A stretch of DNA of 64,000 nt, from NCBI RefSeq assembly GCF_024521635.1, contig NW_026250407.1:1426001-1490000 (forward strand). The letters run 5' to 3'. The notes below the pieces were generated by a model. That model ran no database searches, was not told the origin of the DNA, and was given only the letters and a program-made list of their open reading frames with translations. Position numbers and translations under genes: made by a program. The stretch is from Tricharina praecox (Eukaryota). This document shows positions 38,953 to 50,071 of this stretch, piece by piece; within the stretch, counting starts at the first letter, position 1; every line of letters starts with the position of its first letter.

Positions 38953-39014
38953 ATTGAACAAGCAATAAGCATTGAACAAGCAATAAGCATTGAACAAGCA
39001 GCGAGCATTGAACA
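38953..39014. repeat. 18-bp tandem repeat (ATTGAACAAGCAATAAGC), about 3.5 copies
   Basis: Directly visible. Confidence 0.85.
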
Positions 39015-39770
39015 CGGAGCTGATTCCTTCCGTCCAGGGGGGGGGAAGAGCCTGGAGGTTCTCCCCAGACTCGCAGTCTTCCAGAACGAGGGCACATCTC
39101 CGACGAACCCAGTTGCCCAGAATCCCAGATGGATGGATGATGCGTATGTAAATAGTTATGCTCCGTGAGACGGACACAGATACAACGGACGCACGCACGC
39201 ACTTCTTGTGGATCCGTTTCGACATATGTAGAGTACTCTATGTACAGTCTATACGCCCGCCGAGACGACCGCCGCGACGACTGAACGACCGACTGTCCGA
39301 CTGACCGACTGACCGACTGACCGACCGAGCGATATGGAGCGGAGCCAGGAAGATGAAATCTTGCAGGACACCCGCCGTGCATGGCCTTTTCGTCTGAAAA
39401 TCTCGCCGGCAGATCCTTGTGGAGCCTGCGGAGCGAACACGACTACTCTTTGATCGTATCCATCGCCGGGGGAAAGCCGCCCTTACGGGAAGTATCCACT
39501 GTATCGACTGTACATACCGTATATACTTTGCACGGCGGTAGGTACTCGTGGGACGCGTGTAACGAACGACCGCAATTAAAGCGGCGTCGGTTGACACCTC
39601 TCGAGTCTCGAGGGGAGAGGAGGACAGCCCGCTATGAATCTACATGCGAGGGAAAGCCAGCCAGCCTCGCACGTCCTCTTACCATATACACCATCCATCC
39701 ATACATAGTAATACATACATCATAGTAGTAATAGTAATAGTAATAAACCACCATGATAAAAAAGATTGTA

Positions 39771-40011
39771 CAGGGCCCATTCGTTTTACACCAAAAATGC
39801 CCCATTTTCATGCAACCTAGACCTAGCCTCCACCTGGTCGAAAAAAATCATCTCTTTCACAGAAGCGTTAGAATCACAAGCTTCTTCATTGACAGATACT
39901 TTGACGACTTTCATCGCGGATTGGGGCTGTCTCTGGTTTTTTTTCTCGATACGTTCAGGATGCTGTACCGGTGGTTGGGAAATGGCAATTTTTGGTGTAA
40001 AATGGGCCCCG
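39771..40011. mobile_element. MITE family B (about 240 bp, about 35-bp imperfect TIRs)
   Basis: Left end TA|CAGGGCCCATTCGTTTTACACCAAAAATGCCCATTTTC versus the reverse complement of the right end, CGGGGCCCATTTTACACCAAAAATTGCCATTTCC. AT-rich non-coding interior; the right TA flank is degenerate (TCTA). Confidence 0.7.
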
Positions 40012-40952
40012 TCTAATCCTTTTTGTCCTAGTACTTGGGTTACGTACGGACAACCGCAAGTAAAGCGCCACCGGTTCCGTGTTGACATTTCTCGAGGGAA
40101 AGCCAGCCTCGCACGTCCTCTTACCATATATGCCATACATACCATCCATACCATATAGGTGCCTAGACAGTCATAGTAGTAATGGTAGCAATAGTAATAG
40201 TAGTGATGGTGATGGTGACGGAGGTGGCGGCGGTTGAAATGCTACTCTACACAATGTCGCACACAGGAACAGGGCCAGAGGCTAATTCGAATATTCGAGG
40301 CTGCTGCAGCTACCGCATCCGGATGCCGTCTGCGGGGAAAGCCAGTCAAGTCAAGTCAGCCTTCAGCAGAAGTTAGAACTGGACCCCAAAGGCAGGCAAA
40401 GATGCGCTCTGGGATCCGGGATGCAGATTTGGTATTTGCTCTGCTTCACTTTACTCTAGGTAGTTTGTAGGGGGGGGGCGCTATGTGAGTGAGTGAAGGA
40501 TCGCACCTGGTCGGACCGGAAGACGTGGGGAGGGAGAGGGAGAGGGGGATGGGGGGGAGCATCATGTGGCCAGTCCTTTCCTTAAGGCAGCGGCGGAGGA
40601 GCAAGGGTAACGAGATTGGGATGCAACATCGTTAACCTCCGGTGGTTTCACGGTTATCGTGGCTAACTACCAACTAGTACCATAGGAACACCAAACGATG
40701 ATTCGGAAAGAAGCGTCTCGAAGAGTTCTGGGGTAGGTCTCTATTCCACTCTATACTGCACTCGTAGGAGAAGTAGAGCCGGTCGGATCGGTACTACAAA
40801 ATGCCTGGGGAACATCAGGAGGGGCTTTTTCTTTTTCTTTCTCCGCTTCTTCCAGAAGTCGGGGATGCTTTATTTTTCCTTTCGCTTTGCCAATAGGGGA
40901 GACCGCTAGTCAGTCGGTTCGATTGTGGCTCTGGGTAGAGTACCGATATGTA

Positions 40953-41098
40953 CCAGGAGCTGCCAATAAGTGGTGCCTCACCACCATTACGAATTATAAG
41001 CACTAGTACTAAGCCAGATACAATGAAATGAGTGAGTGGTTGTGACTAAGTTGTATGGGGGAAAGCCTGGTGAGGCAGCACTTACCCTTACACCCAAG
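40953..41098 (-). mobile_element. MITE family A, copy 2
   Basis: Reverse-complement match to 8830-9012 over its whole length; homology ends exactly at TA on both sides. Confidence 0.8.
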
Positions 41099-44000
41099 TA
41101 CTTACTAGAGTAGTATGTTTACTAGAGTAGTATGTATGATATGTATGATATTTATGCACTCTGTTCTGCACTGCTGCATCCTGCCAGACCAAACTGGAGA
41201 TGTTATTTTTCGTCGCAGGGTTTCATTCGTTTTTTGATCATCTTTCTTGAGCACACCAACTACTATTTAGTCTGCTACTAACTAACACTCGAGTGGTTTC
41301 TTACTGCAGTACCAGAGATGCGGGAAGAGGGTGGTGAGACAGCGGCAAGCCCAGCCCAGCCCACGGAGCCCAGCCCACCTTCTCATCCGCGATTGGCTAC
41401 ATATGCGCGCAAGGCGTATAGAGTGACGGACCAAAGGTACTCTACATACAGATGTAAGCATATGTAAGTAACATGTAACTAATCGCTCCTTCACTTTTAG
41501 TTAACATGACGTCTCCGTCCGTAGAGTACTCTATGTAGTCTGTATCATATGTAGCGAGTTCCCTATCCATCTATCCATCTGTCTCACAATTGCTTTTTGT
41601 TTACTGAGAGTAGAGTACTTACTTTCTCCGGATTCACTTCCCACTTGTGAGCGGACTCTTGCCTCCGATCATATGTACCATCCCATTCCGTCCCATACTG
41701 ATACGCACCGATAACTAACTACGGAGGAGCGGGAGATAGAGGGAGGGAGGGAGGGAGAGCTGCAAATCTGTCAGTTGGCCGTTGCGAACTTGGTGAAGAA
41801 GGCACGAAAGAAAGCGAAAAAAAAAAGCACGCATAATATCTCACACACACACACAAACGTCCACCGTTGAAAAGGAGTGCACGGGTGCAACAGCCAGCCA
41901 GACCCCGCGGATTGAATGGGGTCCGGGGATGCCGATACGGTGGATATTGACATCTTACTCACACCACAGCATACTACAGCACACCACAGCACAGCACACA
42001 ACGGTGCGGCCGGTGCGGCCAGCTGTAATGCAAATGCAAATGGAAATGTAAAATGTGGATGTAAATGTGAATGTGCCTCAGCTTTCTCGGAGGTCTCACA
42101 CAACGCAACTGACGTATTGTATTGTACATAGAGTACGCCGGTCGACCGACCTCACACTTCGGTTTACATACATACCGTATGGAAGAGGCGAATCGGCCAG
42201 ACTTCTAGATGTACAGATTTGCTAACGGTATGCATACTGGTAATACGGGTGTGGATGGAGCGTGAGCGTGAGCATGTGGGACAGTGCAAGGTGGTGGTGG
42301 TCACGATGGTAATAGGTATTACGATTCTAGTTACCTCCTACCTACTACCTGGTAGTGAAAGGTAATCATCCAACATCGGGGGAATCTGGCCGATGCGTGT
42401 GAGTGTGTGTTGGTGGCTTTGAGACTTTGAGTCGTGCCCGCCCTCCCTCGTATGTAGTAGTTGTCTACCTCCGTACTATTGGCAGGCCCCATCTCGTCAT
42501 TATCCCTCGCAAAGTTTCGCGATTTTTTTTTGTGAAAGTGGATGGATGTGGATGTATAGGATGTGGAAGTGGAAGTGGAAGTTGGATGTTTCCGACTTTT
42601 CCATCACTAGTTCACAACGCCGATGATATCAGATCATAGTTGCGTGCGAGCCAATCATCCATCGTGAGTCGTGAGTCGTGAGAGCAATAGCCACATCCAG
42701 ACCGCCCCCCCCTTTCCCCCCCTCCCTCTATGTACCGTATCTTCGGCGGGGCCGCAGGGGGCGGGGCGGGGCGGGGGCGGGTGACGGCCATAGAGAATCG
42801 AGAATCGAGATGGCTACCGTACCAGACTCCTTACCCCCGCAACAGGCAAAGCCCGCACGCACGCAGGCAAGCGACACAGCGCGGCGCCTCCGACAGGCGG
42901 AGCAACCGTTCGTCGGCCGACAGCCAGCCAGCCAGCACTACGTCAGGATCTAGGTCGGCCATCTAATCGCGCGCTTCCCCTATGGTGGCCGGGGCAGCGC
43001 CGCAGCGGTGCAGCGGTGCAGCTTCGTACATACATACCGCTCCATCTGTTGCGGGGAAGACCGCATAGCGGCCCGATTCGACCATCGGGTGCGCAGCTGT
43101 TGATTGGTGAATGGCCGACTTGCGCAAACACCATAATGTACGATGTGAGGGGGGGCTAATGCGATCATCATCGTCATCGTCATCATTTGTCGTATTCGAG
43201 ATCGAACGTCGGACGTTGAACGTCGGACGCGGTCGGTCAGTGGTCGCTGCCAAAATGGACAGGCGGGGCACGAATGGAATCAGCAGCGGCGGCCGCGGCG
43301 GGAACGCGGGACCGCCCGCTCCAAATGCGGTAGTCTACGCAGCGATCACTCGAAATTTCCGGTCGGGGGCTGGGCTGGGCTGGGCTGGTGGAAGAGGTGG
43401 TGGAGTTGGTGGTGGTGGTGGTGGTGGTGGTGGTGGTGGAGGTGGCGGTGGAGATGGAGGAGGAGGAGGAGGTGGTGGTGGTGATTTATGACAGAGGAGG
43501 CTTGCACTACTACTACCGTAGCAAGCTGCATATCCTCTTCGCTACACATCCTCTTCGATACAGAAATACATACGGATGGATGGATGAATTATTCTCTTCT
43601 CCAGGTTTCTACATAAATACGGTACTCCAGAGTGTGCATGCAAGAAGGTGTCGTCATACGTTGCTTGAAATTTGAAATTTGAGCCATGTTTTGTGGTAGT
43701 AGGTAGTGGTGATCACTGGTGGTGCTGATGATGGATTGAAGATTCTGCCAATCCGCAGACAAGAGCAGCTGTATCTACCCCTCCTACATGCCCCCCTCTC
43801 CCCCTCTCCCCCTCCCTCTCTCTCTCTCTCTCTCGCGAAAAAGTACGTGATGGCCCCGTGTACATTGTTCTGCGGCTACCCATCGACTCCACTCCGCTTG
43901 TTTTCTCACGAGTCGGTTGGGTTGGGTTGTGATACAAAGCTCACTGCCGTTCTGGGGAAGTCTATGCACACCCTCACTCTCTCACACACACACACACACA

Positions 44001-45198
44001 CACACATAAAACACAAAACACAAAAGTTTCCGCGCCGCCGGGTGGGGTGGGGTGGGTTGGCTGGTGGTCACCTTTGAACGGGCCCGAGGTCTGGAGCTTG
44101 GTTTGGCTACCTATCATAGCCCGTGATCATTGATGGAGCTGGAGGAGAGACAGAAATAAAGCAATTTGACACAGTTCTAACTTCTGAGTACTAGAGTAGG
44201 GTAGAGTCTAGTAACTACTCTACAAATGATAGTCCGCACCGCAGTAGGGGGTCGGTAGTAAATGATGCAATTCTGAGTACCGTACCGATATGTACCAGTA
44301 CTCTACATAGAGCAAGATACTACCCCCCTCCCCCAAGGCTCCAAGGCCTGTAAGAAAAAGTGCAGATCTAGAGGAGACCGCAGAATCTAGCGTGGTTATT
44401 GGGAAAAGAAAAGAAAAATGTACTCTGCCTACTCTGCCTACTCTACCAAGTACCACTCCTCCTCCTCCTCCTCCAGTCGCTGGCGCTTGCGCAGGTAACC
44501 TGTACATGATGGTACCTTGGCTCGCCATGTTCATGTGAAGACCACTGAAGGCTACTGGATGGTAGAATCTTGCGCTTGGGCTTGCCGAGAACTGTACTGG
44601 TATGTACTGGTACTTGTTCTCTACAAGGTCTCTGCAAGGCGGCTGCCGCTCGTGGGTCGCTGGTGGCCGAGTGTCGTGTGGGGGTCGACAGGTATGTGTG
44701 TAGGGAACTATGTACTGTGCTCGAAAGCGGGTAATTAGTGTAGTGTGTATAGTAGGATCTAAAGAATCCAAAGTCGGCTGTCCTGTCGCGGGGATGGATG
44801 AATCGAAATCGCAGTTGAGTAGAGTGGGTGGTATGGGATGCACGGAAAGAACTCGAACGGACAGGGACTTGCACAGAGGACTTGCACTGGCACTGGCACT
44901 GGCACTGGGGAAATCAATATCACTATGGGCTATGTAGATATCACTATTCCTGATACATACCTACAGTACATACGCGATGCAGACAACTTACGGCATGGCA
45001 CGTACTCTACTTTGGGCACGTACTCTACTTATGCTGGGTAGGTTAGGTAGGAATGTGAATAGAGTAGGTTGGGTAGATGTGAGGATACTTCCATCCCTTG
45101 TTATTGCTCTCGCTTGCCTCGCGCGCACTCACTGCCCGCTAATTAGTTAATGACTGTGCACACACCAACGCTTGTCTGTCTGTCTGTCTGTCCGTCGA

Positions 45199-45199
<1 letters not shown>

Positions 45200-45254
<55 letters not shown>

Positions 45255-45256
45255 GC
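45200..45256. repeat. (GTGTAT)n microsatellite
   Basis: Directly visible. Confidence 0.9.
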
Positions 45257-48200
45257 GCTCTCCCAGAGTCTCTTGCTCTCTCTCTCTCTCTCTCTCGTCC
45301 GTCGATGCTGAAGTGACCCGGAGCGGGAATGGGAATGCGTGTCCTTGGAGATGGTACGGTACGGTGCCGATGTGTGGGAGAGAGGGGGGGGAGGGGGGGT
45401 TCGGAGGCATGGAGTGCGTAGTGTGTCGAGAGGGAGGGTCTTGTTGCTTCCTATTTAGGCGGCACCGAAGCCTCGGGATTTGGGATTTTGTTTGAGCGGC
45501 CGTGATACCTTCCCTCCTTCCTGTTCCCTTCCCTTCAGCCAGCCATGTAGCCCCCCCCTCCACCCCCCCTGTTGTGCAATTACCTACCAGCCAGCCAGTC
45601 CGACCAGCTTGCCTGCTTGCTTGCTCGGAACCCCCTGCGGAGAGGTAGGCAGGTAGTGCTGTACTCTACTTACTCACGCAGATAGATACATAGAGTATGC
45701 ATAAGAGTAAGAGTAAGAAGTACTTGATTGTTACATGCATGCATTCGGGAAGAGTTAGACGAGGACGATGGCGATGGATATGTGTGTTGGTGAATAGATA
45801 TCGATCCTGATCTCGCCGTGAGAACTCGATCGATCGAGTGGATGTTCACCATCGCCACCACCATCGACACCACCATCGCCGCCCCGCCGCCCCGCCGCCC
45901 CGCCGCCGTGTCCGGGCCGACTAATATACCGCGCGCATATCATCCAAGATTCCCTACTGCGGTGTTGTGGTGGCTGACACACCTACCCGAACGCCTCCAA
46001 CCCTCCCTCCCTCCCTCCCTCCCATCCTCGCTCCGTAACCACTGACCCCAACCGCGGTATCTAACCTAATTCCACGCCGCCCGCCTACTCCCACCCATCC
46101 TACCCAGCGCTTGTCGGCAGAGTAATCCGCCCGCTTAGCACCGCCGGCTCTCCAAACGTTTACGGTATGTATGTCTTGCCAAACGCTAAACCGACCTCCG
46201 CATCAATCACGGCCACGGCCACGGTCACGGTCATGCCCGACAGTCGAACCCAACAGTCTAACTCTGCGGGCTATGCGGGCTGTGGAAAAGGGATGTAGGC
46301 ATGTATGAAGCCTCAATCTCCGGAGCCCCTCGCTCCCACTCCTACTCTCACAATCCTACTCCCGCCGCCGCTTCGACAGACCTAGAAAGTAAAAATTTGC
46401 TTAGCTGTGGCTGTACTACCTGTACTTGGATACTGGGCGGAGATGATCACAGGCCCCGGGGCGCGGGGATGGAGGGGGGGTTCGGGGTTCGGAATGGGCT
46501 GGACTGGGCTGGGCTGGCAGTTGATACCGGCCGGCGGCCGGTGCGAGAAGTTAAAACGGCCATACCGGTATTGGCTGTTCGAGGATGCCGACGGGGTTGA
46601 TACTTATCGATGCCAATGGCGTTTGCTGGTTTGAAGGACGTGGTTGGTCAATGGCTCAACGGTGAGTGATCCGACGGTCCGGAAGTAATGGTTCCAATGA
46701 GGACTCAGAAGGTCTCCTTCTTCTTTCCTTGCCCCCCACCCCCTCCCGCCCGCGCGCGAGACTGATAGGCGCGGGCCCATGTACGCACTCTGGGTAGGGA
46801 TTTAGTTAATCCTACTTCTATAACCACTAGTAGTAATAGTAGTAGTATAGTTGGTTAGACGAACATTCCAGCTCTGCTACAAGTACATAGAGTAGTATGT
46901 AGAGACACCCTCGAAGCGTGAATTCCCATGATTCCTTGAAAGAGTTGGGCTGCACAGAGAGTTTCAGATGTCGGCACTCTATGTAGAGTAGGTACTCTGG
47001 CGATTCCAGCGTTGAGACAGGTTGCTTTTTTCTCTCTTTACCACGTCAAGGAGGGGGGAAAAGAATGCGGTATGTCCGGTGCGTCTGTCTGTATGTCTGT
47101 CCGTCCCGAGCGAGATGATCACGCCTTGCCGGAAGATCAGTGCTATGTATGGAGAAGTATGTGTGGTTTGCACCGCTGCCCCCATGGTATGTACTCTACT
47201 CTACTGCACAGTGAGTGCAGGGTGCCCTCAACAATTAAAAGCGTCCCCTTTTTTCCCGTTGTTCGGTAACTTTGGAACTTTACTGCATCGAAGTAGAGGG
47301 CTTCTGCAGTATCTACCCCAAGTATCTGTGTCTATGCTTATACCTGCTTTCCAGGAAGAGAGAGGACTTCCATCCATCCCTACCCCCATCTTTCCTTCCC
47401 TTAGCATAAGGATACGATGGATATCCATCTATGCTATGCCTATAGTGGGATCAGCCACTGCGACGGTCCGTTCAGTACTTGTTACTTGGGTACTGCATAG
47501 ATGTTCTGTCTGTTCGAGGCCAGACATGAATACATCCTATGAGTTCCATGCCAGTCCCCCGGAACTTGGGAAGTCCTCCCTCGCTCGTCTTCCCGGGTGC
47601 TGGAGCTGCCGCAGGCAGGTAGGTCTTCCATCTGCTCCTGTTCCTGCTCCTGCTCCTGCGTGTTTCCTGCGTGCTCCTGCCCCCCATTCTCGCCTCTGTG
47701 CTCTGGCTATGTGTGTGCGAGTGTGTGTGAGCCTGCCTGCAGAAACGCAGAAACATTCTCGGGTCCGCAGTAGAAAATAATCGCCTTCCCTTCCGAAATC
47801 CATAGTCTGACTACTCTAGAGTCTATGTAGAGTATCTAGCATACGCTGGGGAAGGAAGAAAAGTGATGAAAAAGCAAAAGCAAAAATAAAAACACACACA
47901 ACCCCAGCTCGACAGCAACCCCAGCTCGACACCCACCACTCTCACACACAGCACAGCACAGACGGAAACGAGAACGGCATAGCAAGCGAGAACCCCGGTG
48001 ACTAGCATAGCAACCCCCCAAGTCTTTTTCGACTGCCACCTGCCTTGCTGCTGCCTGCCTCACCCCCCCACCCCCCGGTCCCAGCGAGCAGCACCAAGCA
48101 AAGCAGCAGCCCAGCCTAAGGGAAGGAATGTCAGAGAGGAGGAGGAGGAGCGACAGACAGACAGACAGAACGTCCAGAGAGAGCGATTCGACTGGCGGAA

Positions 48201-49000
48201 GGAAGGAAGAAGAGAAGGGGACTGATCCACCCCGAATTCCTTTTTTTTTCTTCTTCTTTTACTCCCTCACTCAATCCCGTCCCGATCCATCCAACCCATC
48301 CATCCAACCTATCCAACCAAACGGCTGCTGCGAGCAAAGGGTTGAACGAACGAGCGAACGATCGAGCGAACGGAAGAACGAACGAACGCACACCTCCTCC
48401 CCACGTCGTCACTGTTCCCCAAGCTCCGCCCACGCCCACACACCCACGCCTACCTCGCCGCCCGCCGCCGCCAATCCTCACACAGAGCGCCTCCAACCTC
48501 CGATCTCCACTCCCCCCTTCCCCTCCCCCGTGATAATTGAGTGATATCTACCCCACCGCGTTTCGTTTCTGTGTCCCTCCTTTCATCTCCGAAAAGCGAA
48601 AAGCGAGAGGAGAGAGGAGAAAATTGGTTTCCTCGGGAGAAACGAGTGCGATCGTGCACACACACACACACACGTTCCAACCGGGCACTCTTCGCTTCCG
48701 AAAGTATAGTCTCTTTGGTTCGACGCGGGGGGGAAGGGTTGCCTTGAATCCGACATCATCTGCGTGCCTGCGGGGGAGAATATCAGCGCTTCGACAAAGA
48801 GTGCACTACTCGCGAAAAGAAAAGTACCTGGATCATCACCCACCGACAGACCGGCCGACAGACAGACCGATACACCGATACACCAGACTGTGGTTGTGGA
48901 GGCTACTGGAGGAAGATTACATACTCCCAGCAGCAGCGCAGTTCCGTATCCTACGCTGTCCGGCGCGCTGACAAGTCCCCACGTCGCCAAATCTACCTCG

Positions 49001-49070
49001 AAAGAGAAAGAGAGAAAGAGAGAGAGCGCGCGGGAAAGAGAGAGGAGGAGGAGAGCGAGAGAGAGAAGAG

Positions 49071-49146
<76 letters not shown>
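49001..49146. repeat. (GA)n microsatellite upstream of the Zn2Cys6 gene
   Basis: Long pure GA run at about 49075-49140. Confidence 0.95.
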
Positions 49147-50071
49147 GGTGGTGAGTAACTTGCCTTTCCTTCCTTACCGCCCATATCACCACCACCACCA
49201 CCACCACCGTCCCCACTACCACCTCTACTACCACCACCTACCACCTACCACCACCACCACCAACACATACCACATTCCACATTCCACTACCACCATCACC
49301 ACCACCACCCACCCCATTACCGTATCCCGCCCCTACTGCGGCGACGATCGAGAACCGCGACGCTGGGTCTAACCAACTAAACGAGTAGAGGCTACAGCCC
49401 GCTCGAAACATCTACAGACCAGCGACCGTCACCTTCTTGTCGTATTTACTCGCCAACATTTTAGCTCGTGGCCGCTCGGAACGACGCTTTCTCTTTTTGC
49501 ACGTACTCCAGTCCGGACCCGTGTTCCAGCCTCTCAGCCGCTCCCAGGCAGTACCTAGAATTCCCCCCGAAGAGCCTCCCCACCCCAGCTTCTTGTACGC
49601 ATCGGGGTCGCTGAGCATCCTATTGGGAACCCGTCAATGTATGACGCGCAAGGTTGCGACTTGGGCGCGCCATAAGATTAATCGGATTCTCCGTCTCCAG
49701 TACCCGTATTCCGTTGATACTACCACTACTACGCTCGGAAAAAAAAAACAGGGGCACCAGTGGGCTTGCTTTGACTCCGGACTTTCCCCCAACGTGGCAG
49801 CCTTGTGCTACTAGTGGCCTGAAGAAAACCTAAATTCTGGCCGGGATTTCTCCGATTTGTTATTATCACAGCTCTTCAAGACACACGCCCCGGCTCTGGT
49901 TGGACCGCCGTTGATAGGCCCGCAGTTGGCGGCGCAGGTTGTCCTTCCTTACCCCCGCCCCACCCACCCCCCCAATCCGCGACCTCGTCCCTTCGAATCA
50001 ACTCATCGTCCTCACCTACCGTCCGATCTGAAAGCTTCCCTCCAATATATTTCAAAGGGTGCCGCTCCTCA

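Noticed and set aside
46938..46960. Resemblance to the vertebrate telomerase P6.1 loop (AGAGTTGGGCT)
   Set aside because: The stem cannot form beyond 2 bp, so this is a chance match.
33675..49372. Many 60-300 aa ORFs in the gene desert (for example 34680-35594 and 47022-47780)
   Set aside because: They are built from microsatellites and low-complexity sequence, with no codon bias or domain motifs like those of the real genes.
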